Assembly: GCA_963737905.1 (NCBI GenBank)
Contig: CAVTUQ010000002.1
Location: forward strand, 608,001-672,000
DNA from: an uncultured delta proteobacterium
GTDB lineage: Bacteria > Desulfobacterota > Binatia > UBA9968
Direction of reading: 5' to 3'
Length of the DNA stretch: 64,000 nt
In this document: positions 21,542 through 31,645 of the stretch, piece after piece
Layout: each line of letters starts with the position of its first letter
Numbering within the stretch: the first letter of the stretch is position 1
The notes under the pieces: generated by a model
What the model saw: the letters and a program-made list of their open reading frames with translations, nothing else
Told to the model about the DNA's origin: nothing
Databases searched by the model: none
Position numbers and translations under genes: made by a program

Positions 21542-23276
21542 TTATCCGCCGCCGCCACCGCCGCCGCCCGGAGGAATATCGTTAACGCACTCGCCTGCGC
21601 CCCTCTTAGCCTTATCAAGGCCGATCTGCAGCGCCGGCCCTTGCAGCTCGATGATGTCCATGCCGAAGCCAACCCGGTCGACGACGTAGACGTAGCCCCG
21701 GTTATCGACTTCCACGTTGTTGGTCATGTAGCCGCTGCTAGGAGGTGGGACGTCTGTGCGAGGCCACGGGTTGTCGGGCACGTAGAACCCCACCTCGACG
21801 GGGGCCTCCGGTTCGCGGATGTCCCACGCCCGTACGCCACCCGTGAAGTAAGCGAGGAAGGTTACCCTGCCGTAGTACGGATTGTTGAAGTTCTCCTCGC
21901 TCGAATGCACCCCGAAGCGAGCGCCACGCGTGCAGTAGTTCCCGCGCGTATATTTCTCGCCTGAACGCGGGTCGACCGACATCGTGGAGAGAACCATCGG
22001 GCCCTGCCACGGATATTGCTCGACGCGGGTTCCCGGAGGCGCCGTCTTTGAGTTTTCCACCGTCACGTCGACGATGAAGCTCCAGTGGGGCGCCTCGTTA
22101 CACCGGTTGGCCGTCGCTTCGGACGCGAGCAGCACGATGTCGCGGGTCTGGAACTCTTTGTGGCACTGATAACTCTTCGGCTCCAGCCCGAACACCGGCA
22201 TGCTTGTGTGTCCGCCCTGATCGGGCGACATGTGCAGTAGCCCAACTTGCGCCGATTCGATGTCAGCCACCGTAGGGGAGTCAGGATCGCCTACCCACGT
22301 CCCGTAGGGGGGCGGCAACAGTTTGTTGCGGTCGATGATCTGGAGCACGCCGTCATCGCCAACACCCCAAGCGGCGTAAATGCGATTCCCGATGATGTCA
22401 TTTCCCGTGGCTCCGCGCGTCAACCTTTGAACGTTTTGCGGGTGCTCATAGGCCGAAATGGGTCCGTGCAGCGAAGGCGGCGCCGTTCCGGTCCCGTTCG
22501 GCTGCGAGCCCACCAAGCCGTAAGTGCGGATGTATTTTGGGCAGCCGACCGAGGCAGCGTCCGTCGCCAGCAAGTTGTTGCTGCATGTGGCGTGATTGTT
22601 GACATGCGGATTGCTCCAGTCGTAGATCAGCATCGCTTGCGAGGTGCGCCACAGCGGCTCGGGACCCAGCGTCGCGTTCTTGCTGCCCGGCATGTAGGCA
22701 ATGCCGGTGCTGCATTCCCACCAATCCTTATGCGTGGAGCGGAGATTGCGCTGGGCCTTGAGCAGGACAGGCGGCGTTACTCCCGGAATCGGACACATCC
22801 CAAGCTCGTATCCTGCCGCGCTGCTTCCCTGAATGTTGCGCAGCAGATAGGCCTTGCCGGCCTGGCCGCCTGGCAGCTCGGAGCCGAGGCACATGCGCAC
22901 CATCTGCGCCTGGCCGCCAGCCACCGGGACTGGGATGTGGACTTCTCTACCGGGTTTTTCGGATCGGTGACGTCGATGATGATCGTCCCGTTCTCCTCCA
23001 CCACGCCGCCGTTCAGCGGGTTGGGAGAGGGCCGGGTGCGCTGCCAAGCCGTGCGTACCCAGCAGAACAACATCGTTCTTCCGTCCGGATAGTGTGATCA
23101 CGTTCGGTTGGTAGGATCCACGCCCTTGCAGAACGTGGCCGACACCGTGCATGTTCTTCGACTCGCCGCTGCTCTATCGCCTGCGCGTTTACGCTGAAGG
23201 CAGAACGGCTAAAGCAGCCGCGAATAACGCTGTGCCGCAGCACGCGCCTTTGCGTAATGCATAGCTGTAGCTTCAT
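21542..23276 (-). pseudogene. Secreted LVIVD-repeat beta-propeller-like protein with several frameshifts in the 5' third
   Basis: Signal peptide, KNM..VGH.LQGR.SYQP, TIIIDVTDPKNP, AYFTGGVRAWDIREP..PVEVGFYVP, NNVEVDNRGYVYVVDR. The N-terminus is spread over ORFs 23013-23276, 22777-23073 and 21542-23152. Confidence 0.75.
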
Positions 23277-23413
23277 TTGATTTCTCCTTTTTTCCAGCTT
23301 TTGACAAGAGGTAAAACCCCTTACTTCTGCTCAACGTAATCCTAAAGCGTAGCGGTCTGTATGGACCGATGGCTGTTTTATCCCACGCGTTGTAAGTCCT
23401 CCCGGCACTGGGC

Positions 23414-23853
23414 TCTATTGCTGTATGGCAGCAACCCGTCTTCTAGGATTAAAGCGCACGGAGCGAGAATCACCGTACGACCAGATCTCAAAAGGCCGCC
23501 GTATGGGGTTCCTCCTGAACGGTGTCGGTTGGCTCTCCCCAGATGGCTCTGACTTCCTCGGTCGTCATGCCGATCTGCGGCTCTGCGGGCGCGGCGGGTG
23601 GTTTTTTTGTGGTATCCGCGACTGATTTCTTTGGGCCTGGGCATCCACAGTTGATTTCGTTGGGTCCCGGACATCGGCGGGTGATTTCTTTGCGTCCGCG
23701 GCATCCATCGGCATCTCCGCCCATCGACTCAAACTGGCAGGGAAAATTCTGATAGAGAGCCTCTCCTTTTTTTCCCACGCACTTGAAGACTTCCGCGGAG
23801 GCCAGCGGTGCAAAAAACAATACAGAGAACAGAGCGCATACGGTTTTCAACAT
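23414..23853 (-). pseudogene. DUF4124-like secreted protein with 10-aa repeats and a C-terminal BamE-like motif, frameshifted
   Basis: Signal peptide + EVFKCVGKKGEALYQNFPC; about 30-bp imperfect repeats at 23590-23715; IGMTTEEVRAIWGEP...EIWSYGDSRSVRF in shifting frames. Confidence 0.65.
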
Positions 23854-24123
23854 GGACCAGCTTTCCTCGCTTTGTCTTTAGATTTCCGCAAAGCAGACCT
23901 GGTAAAATCAGCACAAAAAAATTACTTACGGATCAGGGTTCTTCATGTTTAACCTCCCTTTTAACTGCCATTGTTGGTTTTGGGCTACTCCTACCTTCTC
24001 CCTCTTCTGTAGTCACCTTGGTGAATTCTGCGCTTCTCAGAAATATGAGTTTAGCGACATATGGAGAGTATTTAGGCATTCTTAAGCACTCTGGAGCGTT
24101 GATGCACTTTATTGGGGAATGGC

Positions 24124-24176
24124 GAGCCTGTCCAATAATTTCTTCGAATGACTGTTATTGACTTTTCTTATGACCT
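24124..24176 (-). promoter_or_regulatory. Left copy of a 53-bp inverted repeat; putative LysR-controlled promoter
   Basis: Reverse complement AGGTCATAAGAAAAGTCAATAACAGTCATTCGAAGAAATTATTGGACAGGCTC is 51/53 identical to 25363-25415. Confidence 0.75.
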
Positions 24177-24224
24177 AGCCTAGGAAATGAGACAAAATGG
24201 CCGTTTGAGTTCTGGGAGGGGAAT

Positions 24225-25133
24225 ATGACCCTTCATCAGTTAAAAATTTTTGAATCTGTGGCCAGGCACCTCAACGTTACGAGAGCATCGCAGGAACTAC
24301 ACATGAGCCAACCCGGCGTTTCCCAGCAGCTTAAGCTTCTGGAACAACACTACGAAGCGAGATTCGTTGTGAGAGTTGGTCGGGGCGTAGAGTTAACCGA
24401 TCAAGGACATGCTTTTCTCGATGCAATCAGGTCTATCCTCGCGCAAGCCGAGAAGATCGAAAGCGTCTTCAAGGTCAAATCGAAAGAAAAAACGAGTTTT
24501 TTAACGGTCGGGGGTAGTCGTAGTCATACTGTGACTGTTCTTCCGGAAATCCTAAAGACCTTTAAACAAAACCATCCGTGGGTTCAATTCGTCCTCGAAA
24601 GCAATGATAGCTCCACGATGGAACGACATATTTTAAATGCAGCGGTGGAAATTGCTCTCATCAATCACCCCTCATACTCTGATCAGATCGCGTACGAGCC
24701 TTACAAGGAAATGGAGATTGTGGCATTTGCTCTCGCCAAAAGCCCTTTCATTGGGAAGAAGATAACGTTAGAGGAGCTGTTCCGAATTCCCCTGGTCGTC
24801 AGGCGACGAAGCACGACCTTAAGGGAACTCTTAAGACAGGGATACAAACCAAACATTGCCGTCCAATGCGACGTATCTGAGGCCGTGAAAGGTGCTGTGC
24901 AAAAAGAGCTTGGAGTAGGCATTTTATACCGAGAAACCATCGAGCCCGACCTTAAAAGTCGCAATCTTAAGATACTCCACGTACCCGACCTGGAGAAAAT
25001 AAGAACTCAATCATTCATTATCTACAACAGGTCTAAACCCCTTTCCGCTGTTGCACGGGAGTTCCTTCACGCATTGCATGAAAGCAGAGTTTCGAAAGTC
25101 GAAAGTAGGGGCTTTAGAAAAATTACGGCTTGA
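24225..25133 (+). CDS. LysR-family transcriptional regulator
   Basis: MTLHQLKIFESVARHLNVTRASQELHMSQPGVSQQLKLLE HTH plus substrate-binding domain; 302 aa. Confidence 0.96.
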   Translation: MTLHQLKIFESVARHLNVTRASQELHMSQPGVSQQLKLLEQHYEARFVVRVGRGVELTDQGHAFLDAIRSILAQAEKIESVFKVKSKEKTSFLTVGGSRSHTVTVLPEILKTFKQNHPWVQFVLESNDSSTMERHILNAAVEIALINHPSYSDQIAYEPYKEMEIVAFALAKSPFIGKKITLEELFRIPLVVRRRSTTLRELLRQGYKPNIAVQCDVSEAVKGAVQKELGVGILYRETIEPDLKSRNLKILHVPDLEKIRTQSFIIYNRSKPLSAVAREFLHALHESRVSKVESRGFRKITA

Positions 25134-25362
25134 TCGCAACTCGAACGATACCAACTTCCAGCTCCCCACAAGAACAAGTAACTAAGACTTCGTTAGCTAG
25201 CGCAGTACGTCAGCAATTGTCCTCCCAGACTTTCCTTCCTCGGACTACGTTGTCCCTCGTACCCGCTACTCGACTCTATCCGCAGCACCACCCGGGATTG
25301 AGCCATCAAGAAGATCCTAGAACTTTTACAATCAGCGTTAAGTAAAAGAAACTTACTTAACA

Positions 25363-25415
25363 AGGTCATAAGAAAAGTGAATAACAGTCATTCGAAGAAA
25401 CTATTGGACAGGCTC
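25363..25415 (+). promoter_or_regulatory. Right copy of the 53-bp inverted repeat upstream of tctC
   Basis: AGGTCATAAGAAAAGTGAATAACAGTCATTCGAAGAAACTATTGGACAGGCTC; contains T-N11-A LysR-type spacing. Confidence 0.75.
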
Positions 25416-25573
25416 TCGCTTACCCAATAGAGTGCCAACGATTACTTAAAAGTACTCTCCACATATCAGTAAAATACGTACGGCTTGGGAACCTAGTCAA
25501 AGATATTTGCTTTGCACACCCGCAAGTGATAGACGCACATCACAGGAACATCACCGACAAAGGAGGCCGCGAA

Positions 25574-26552
25574 ATGAAAACCATTTATCGTGTTTGTCTT
25601 TTGTTCCTAACGCCTATCTTTCTATCCACCCTGGGTACTGCAGAGGCGTGGGAACCTACGAAGCCGATCGAGTTTGTCGTCCCCGCTGGCACGGGAGGCG
25701 GCGCCGATCAGATGGCTCGTTTGATCTCCGGTATAGCTGCAAAGGACAAGCTTTCTCCGCAACCGTTGATTGTCGTCAACAAGTCCGGCGGGGCCGGCGC
25801 GGAGGGCTTCCTTGACGTAAAAAGCAAGAAGGGCGACGAGTACACGATCATCATCACCCTTTCGAATCTGTTTACGACTCCCCTGGCGACGGGAACGCCC
25901 TTCAACTGGCGCGACCTGACCCCGATCGCCCGGCTGGCGCTTGACCGCTTCATTCTTTGGGTCAACGAAGAGACGCCGTACAAGAGCGCAAAGGAGTACC
26001 TGGCCGCCGTAAAGAAAAATCCCAGCACGATGAAAATGGGCGGCACCGGTTCGAAGCAGGAGGACCAGATCATCACGGTGCTACTCGAACAGAGTGAAGG
26101 CGTGAAATTCATCTACGTGCCTTTCAAGGGGGGTGGCGAGGTGTGCGTCAATCTCGTAGGCAAGCACATCGACTCCACGGTGAACAATCCCGATCGAGTG
26201 CGTGAGCCACTGGAGGGCGAAACGCGTGCGGCCGCTGGCTGTTTTCGACACCGAGCGCATACCAGACGCCGACTGGAAAGGTATTCCGACGGTGAAGGAA
26301 GCCTTGGGGGTCGATATCTCCTATAACATGCTTCGAGGCATCTTCGGCCCTCCCGCTATGCCAAAGGAAGCCGTGGACTGGTACGTCGCCTTTCTCAAGA
26401 AGGTTTTCGACTCCAAGGACTTTCAAGGCTACCTGCATACGGGAGCGCTCAAGCCGGCGTTCGCCTCTGGCAGCGAGTACGTGAAGTGGGTAGAGGAGAA
26501 CGAAAAGCTCCACAAGGAATTGATGGAGAAGGGCGGCCTGATCAAGAAGTAG
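25574..26552 (+). CDS. tctC: Tripartite tricarboxylate transporter substrate-binding protein (Bug/TctC), +1 frameshift at CCC 26189-26191
   Basis: Signal peptide, VVPAGTGGGADQMAR, NKSGGAG, YVPFKGGGE. Removing one C gives VNNPIECVSHW... joining ORF 26202-26552. Confidence 0.9.
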
Positions 26553-26553
26553 C

Positions 26554-27033
26554 ATGCGCATCGCTGACCTCGTCACCGCCGCGGTCCTGATGCTGCTGGG
26601 TAGCCTCGTGATCTACGATGCCGTCCTGCTTGGAATCGGCTGGGGAAAAGAAGGGCCCGGGAGCGGCTTTTTCCCGTTTTGGCTAGCAACCCTCCTGGTT
26701 GTAATCAGCGCGGTGATCTTCTTACAGGCCTGGATGGGTCGGTCCGATCAGCCTTTCGTTACCCGGGAACGTTTCGTGCCGGTCTTGAAGGTCGTGGTGC
26801 CGATAGCCGGCTTCATCATTCTGACCGACCCACCGGGTCCGTGGCCCGGTCTCGGCCTCTATGTGTCGGGAGGGCTGTATCTTGGGTTTTATATGCGGTG
26901 GGTGGGACGCCACAACTGGTTTTCGGTCGTGGCGCTTTCTATTGCGGTTCCCCTGATGGCGTTCTTCGTTTTTGACAAGTGGTTCCTGGTACCGATGCCC
27001 AAGGGACCGGTGGAGGCCTGGTTCGGGTACTGA
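26554..27033 (+). CDS. tctB: TTT small permease
   Basis: Four TM segments, GPGSGFFPFW and C-terminal LVPMPKG; lies between tctC and tctA. Confidence 0.9.
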   Translation: MRIADLVTAAVLMLLGSLVIYDAVLLGIGWGKEGPGSGFFPFWLATLLVVISAVIFLQAWMGRSDQPFVTRERFVPVLKVVVPIAGFIILTDPPGPWPGLGLYVSGGLYLGFYMRWVGRHNWFSVVALSIAVPLMAFFVFDKWFLVPMPKGPVEAWFGY

Positions 27034-27036
27034 CAC

Positions 27037-28557
27037 GTGGGAATCGAGAACCTATTCCTCGGCTTCCAGGTTGCGATCACGCCGTTCAATATCTTTATCG
27101 CCGTGGTCGGTATCTTCATGGGCACCATCATCGGAGTCCTTCCCGGTCTCGGCGGCGCCAACGGCGTGGCGATTCTCTTGCCGCTCACCTTCACTATGCC
27201 ACCGACGTCGGCCATCATTTTGCTCACATCCATTTATTGGGGCGCACTTTTCGGCGGGGCCATAACCTCGATACTTTTCAACATCCCCGGCGAACCCTGG
27301 TCGGTAGCCACGACGTTCGACGGCTACCCGATGGCCAAGCAGGGCCGGAGCGGTCAGGCCCTCACGGCCGCCTTCACCTCCTCTTTCGTGGGTGCCTTCT
27401 TCTCAATCGTTCTTATCACCTTATTTGCCCCCCTTTTGGCGGAGATCGCGCTGAAATTCGGCCCGCCGGAATTCTTCGCCATCCAGTTCCTGACATTTTC
27501 GAGTTTCGTGGGATTAGGCGGGGGCAATCCGCTTAAGTCTCTGGTTTCGATCCTCATCGGCTTTATCCTGGCCACGGTGGGGCTCGACATCGTCACGGGC
27601 CAGCTGCGTCTTACTTTCGGCTTCACCGATCTGATGAAGGGCTTCGATTTCATCGTAGCCGTGATCGGTCTTTTCGGCATTGGAGAAATCCTTTTGAGCG
27701 TGGAAGAAGGACTCAAGTTTGAGGGGACCGCCACTGGCATGAACATGCGGGTGGTGCTGGACACATGGAAGACCTTGCCACGGTACTACCGGACATTCGT
27801 CCGCGGCGCCATCATTGGCTTCTGGATGGGTTTCAAGCCGGGGGGGGCAACACCGGCGTCGTTTATGAGCTATGCCTTCGCGAAGCGCTTCTCCAAGAAC
27901 CCGGAAAAATTCGGCACGGGCGAAATCGAGGGTGTCCTCGCGCCTGAGACCGCCGCTCACGCGGCGGGCGTGGCGGCCATGCTGCCGATGATCACCCTCG
28001 GCATCCCGGGCTCGCCGACCGCTGCGGTAATGCTGGGCGGGCTGATCATCTGGGGTCTCCAACCCGGCCCCATGCTTTTCGTCGACAACCCGGACTTTGT
28101 CTGGGGCCTGATCGCCAGCATGTATACCGGCAATGTGATCGGAGTCGTGATGGTGCTTGCGTTCGTACCGTTTTTCGCGGCGATTCTGCGCGTTCCGTTC
28201 GCGATTCTTACGCCGCTCATCGTGGTGGTCTGCGCCATCGGCGCTTACGCTGTGCACAACAGCATGATCGATATCTGGTATATGCTGATCTTCGGTGTGG
28301 TGGGCTACGTCTTCAAAAAGCTGGATTATCCTTTGGCACCGCTGGTGTTGGCATTGGTCCTGGGCGATCTCGCTGAGAATGCGCTCCGCCAGAGTTTGAT
28401 TATGTCCCAGGGATCGCTGGCGATCTTCTTTACGCAACCGATTTCGGGAGTGATCACGGCGGCGGCGATCTTCCTCTTCATTCTGCCCATCATCACCCCC
28501 TGGTGGCGACGACTGCGGGGTCTACCCGTAACTGAGCCATCGCGGCGGGAAGCCTGA
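27037..28557 (+). CDS. tctA: TTT large permease
   Basis: GVLPGLG, NIPGEPWSVATTFDGYPMA, LGIPGS and GLQPGP motifs; 506 aa. Confidence 0.95.
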   Translation: MGIENLFLGFQVAITPFNIFIAVVGIFMGTIIGVLPGLGGANGVAILLPLTFTMPPTSAIILLTSIYWGALFGGAITSILFNIPGEPWSVATTFDGYPMAKQGRSGQALTAAFTSSFVGAFFSIVLITLFAPLLAEIALKFGPPEFFAIQFLTFSSFVGLGGGNPLKSLVSILIGFILATVGLDIVTGQLRLTFGFTDLMKGFDFIVAVIGLFGIGEILLSVEEGLKFEGTATGMNMRVVLDTWKTLPRYYRTFVRGAIIGFWMGFKPGGATPASFMSYAFAKRFSKNPEKFGTGEIEGVLAPETAAHAAGVAAMLPMITLGIPGSPTAAVMLGGLIIWGLQPGPMLFVDNPDFVWGLIASMYTGNVIGVVMVLAFVPFFAAILRVPFAILTPLIVVVCAIGAYAVHNSMIDIWYMLIFGVVGYVFKKLDYPLAPLVLALVLGDLAENALRQSLIMSQGSLAIFFTQPISGVITAAAIFLFILPIITPWWRRLRGLPVTEPSRREA

Positions 28558-28861
28558 ATGCTGCTAGGGTTGTCGGCGACCTCCGCCTCGTCCTACGTTA
28601 TAGACTCGTTTCCATCATCGATTCTCTCACCGATCATGACAACGTGAGTAAATGTCATCGTTCCCTATTGAACTGAATTTGCCTTGCCAATACCTGGTAT
28701 CATCGGCACGGGCAGAGCCGTGCAACTTTTCAATCGCACAGTTGTTCCACGAACCGTTGTTTGACAACACCTTCGCGTAACTGTTAACAAAGCGGAGGAA
28801 TATAACGCAGAGATCCGCGGAATTACCGCGGAAAGCAACAAAACTTTTACGGAGGTGTGCA

Positions 28862-29824
28862 ATGATCAGTGCTAATGATTTAAAGGGAGTGCTCGGGATG
28901 ATGCCTGCTTTTGCCACCCCGGATGCGGTCGATATCCGGGCAATGCAAACCATCGCGGTCGATAATCTCAAGGAAGGCGTCGACAGGATCATCAAAGACG
29001 GCGTCAACAACATCGCCACGACGGGCACATACGGCGAATGCTACAACTTACTGTTTGATGAATTTAAGATCCTGGCAGTAGCGACCGTAGAGGCCGTCAA
29101 GAAAAGTGTGCCGTTGTTCATCGGTTGCACCAGCCCCAACCCGCGGGAGGTCGTGCAAAAAATGAACTTCGTCAAGGACCTCGGGGCGGACGGAGTCCTG
29201 CTTGGAGTGCCTTACTATGAGACCCTTCACGTGCAAGATGCGATCAAGTTCTATCACGATATCGCTGATCTTTTCCCGAGCCTCAATATCCTTATTTACC
29301 ACAATCCCGACAATCACAAATTCACAATCCCAGTTTCAGCCTTTAAAGAGCTGGTGAAGAAGCCCAGTATCATCGGCATGAAAGACAGTCATAGAAGTAC
29401 GCAAGCTTTCATGAACTTACAGAAGATCGTTAAGGGAAAGATCAGCGTCTTCGTCAACCAGACCCAACTTTATCCCTACTATAGGTTAGGCGCGGCCGGT
29501 TGCTGGTCAACCGAGGTCTGGATGGGACCGTGGCCCGTGTTGTATTTGCTGGATCTTGTCCGACGGGGCGAAGATGAAAGTGCAATCGAAGTCATCGATG
29601 ACCTGGTCGGCGATGGGAGCGGAGGGAAGCCAGTACCAGGCGCGGGCAACAAACGCCCGGCAGAGTTTGCCGATTACTGCAAGGTCGGGCCCACTCGCAT
29701 ACCTTTCGTAACATTCCCCGAGGCCGAACTTGCCAAGGCCAAGCGGCGCGCGGAGCACTGGATGAAGCTCAACGCGAAATATCGCCCGCTGGTAGAAGCA
29801 CAGAAAGCTCGCTCGGCGGCATAG
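28862..29824 (+). CDS. DHDPS/NAL-family hydratase-aldolase, NahE/PhdJ-like
   Basis: MMPAFATPDA, GTYGEC (GxxGE), DGVLLGVP, IYHNPDNHKF and Schiff-base Lys in GMKDS resemble NahE (MPTPSTPDA, GTFGEC, IYANPEAFKF). Confidence 0.8.
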   Translation: MISANDLKGVLGMMPAFATPDAVDIRAMQTIAVDNLKEGVDRIIKDGVNNIATTGTYGECYNLLFDEFKILAVATVEAVKKSVPLFIGCTSPNPREVVQKMNFVKDLGADGVLLGVPYYETLHVQDAIKFYHDIADLFPSLNILIYHNPDNHKFTIPVSAFKELVKKPSIIGMKDSHRSTQAFMNLQKIVKGKISVFVNQTQLYPYYRLGAAGCWSTEVWMGPWPVLYLLDLVRRGEDESAIEVIDDLVGDGSGGKPVPGAGNKRPAEFADYCKVGPTRIPFVTFPEAELAKAKRRAEHWMKLNAKYRPLVEAQKARSAA

Positions 29825-29860
29825 ATCGTTCAAACCACACGCGCAACAAGTGAGCAGCCG

Positions 29861-29892
29861 AACCCCCGGACCACCGTCCGGGGGTTTTTTTT
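29861..29892 (+). terminator. Rho-independent terminator
   Basis: ACCCCCGGAC-cacc-GTCCGGGGGT followed by a T run. Confidence 0.85.
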
Positions 29893-30045
29893 CGGAGACT
29901 TCGAGTGCGCCGGCAATACCGGGATATTTTTTTCTTCGTCTTTTTTGTTGAGCCCATTCTAGTGAATTTTAAGCGGATCCCAAACTTTGCTTGATAAAGG
30001 ACAGTCGCGGCTCTATCATATTCCGCAGCAAGTGCACGGGAGGAT

Positions 30046-30363
30046 TTGATGGGATTTTATGCGGATTCATGGTTGCGCGAGGCTCGCGACAAGGTAGGTG
30101 CTTATCCAGAGCAACCAGGCGGAGGAAATTATTGGAGCACAACGGACTTTCAAAAGATTTCGGAGGCAATTGAGAAAGCGATCAAGGCTGCTTTAGTCGA
30201 GTGCCACGGCAGCATCCCACGGCAACACGACCACAATAAACTTGTGTCCCTCTGCCAGACAACGGGTGTCTGGGATGTTCTTCCGCCAGCGCTAAAAATT
30301 TTGGTGGAAGAAATAGAATCCTACCGCACAGCAAATTTCCGATGCCCCTACATCGTCCCCTGA
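30046..30363 (+). CDS. HEPN-domain protein, possibly truncated or degenerate
   Basis: WLREA...AIEKAIKAAL...IP..HDH.KL pattern; TTGATA-17-TATCAT promoter at 29991-30019. Confidence 0.55.
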   Translation: MMGFYADSWLREARDKVGAYPEQPGGGNYWSTTDFQKISEAIEKAIKAALVECHGSIPRQHDHNKLVSLCQTTGVWDVLPPALKILVEEIESYRTANFRCPYIVP

Positions 30364-30928
30364 ACAACTTCAAAGATACTTTGTCATTGCACGCCGGCTG
30401 ATCGACTACATGGAATATCACGTTATCGGAAACGACTCTGTTCTGAGACGTCTTAAAGTCGCTTAGAGGATGTCGCGGCTGGGCCTAACAATCCGCTTCG
30501 AAACCTGAAGTCGCCCCTTTATAGACCAGTCAACAGAAGAACTATCGCCGCAGCTAGACCCGTAGCGCACAGCACTCCGATGCCGGCCATGACAAAGGTC
30601 TCTCGGGTGGGATTTATCCTAGGAGGTGGAACGTCAGGGATCAGTATTTTTCGTGATTTGAAAAGACGTCCCATGGACCATTCCGCAGAGCATCTTTTGT
30701 ACCAGCCCACGAAGCGTCCATAGGATGACCCAAAATGACCATTATTTTGGAGTTTTTGGCGAGGACCAGGCTAAAAGACCGGGAACCTGCCATGGTTAGA
30801 AAGGTCGGTTTTCTAGGCGGAGTTTGCCAGCATGACATTTTCGCCTTCCATGCTGGCGGAGGTGAACCGCGGAACTTTAGATCCAGCTCAATATTTGAGG
30901 GGATGGAAAGGTAAGTCTCTTTTCCTCG

Positions 30929-31360
30929 CTATTGTTTTTTTTCCGTCTCTGTGCGGACGTCGGCGGACTTGATCCACCCGACGAGACCCTTCGGAGTCTT
31001 CACCATATACCACTCATTTCCACCGTTACTCTGGCCCAATGGGATGAGCGTATCTCCCTGGGATAGTTCGGCTATTTTCTCTGCCTCATCGTCTTGCCGC
31101 GGATAAAGCCCAGCCTGTCTAGACGCAACGACCAACGCCGACGGAACGGGGCGCCCCCCTGCGTCTCCGATTCCCTCGACAACCCCTTTACCTTTATTAT
31201 TCTGAGACAATGCCCTCGAAGCTTTCTGATTGACGTCGCCTTGTCTCTGGCCAACACCTCCGACGGTTCTGCCGTATTCACCGATGGCTTGAGCCAGGAG
31301 TTGACCCGGAGCCAAAAATCCCAGGAGTAGCCCGACCATTAGTGCTTTTATGGTTTGCAT
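30929..31360 (-). CDS. Secreted SH3b-domain protein
   Basis: Signal peptide; IAELSQGDTL...EWYMVKTPKGLVGWIKS. Confidence 0.8.
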   Translation of the reverse strand: MQTIKALMVGLLLGFLAPGQLLAQAIGEYGRTVGGVGQRQGDVNQKASRALSQNNKGKGVVEGIGDAGGRPVPSALVVASRQAGLYPRQDDEAEKIAELSQGDTLIPLGQSNGGNEWYMVKTPKGLVGWIKSADVRTETEKKQ

Positions 31361-31645
31361 AGCGAGACCCCTTTCCAGAAAGAAAACGAGGCGAAAGGAT
31401 ACTATGTTACTGGTCTTGCGACAAGGAAGACAAAACCCTTTTCGACGCAAAAACCGGACGGCCAGCAGATAAGCCGCCGAATATAGGTGACCGGTGCAAA
31501 AGCCCCGTCGTCCTTTTGAAGCCCGAGTTTACATTTAGGCGGGAGAGATTTGTCAATCCCGATCCCTTTGGAGAACTTTCGGAAGAAGCATCGCCATTGT
31601 CTTATTTGCTGGCCGAATAGCGAGGCAATGGCCGGTTACCATATC

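Noticed and set aside
23590-23715. Possible CRISPR array
   Set aside because: The repeats are contiguous, degenerate and coding, with no spacers and no cas genes.
27514-28437. 307-aa minus-strand ORF (and similar shadows over dnaK, ppdK, lon, rtcB)
   Set aside because: These lie fully opposite well-supported genes and have the composition typical of antisense frames.
28700-28725. sigma54 promoter upstream of the aldolase (CGGCACGGGCAGAGC)
   Set aside because: The -12 element is poor and the sequence is better explained as a small hairpin.
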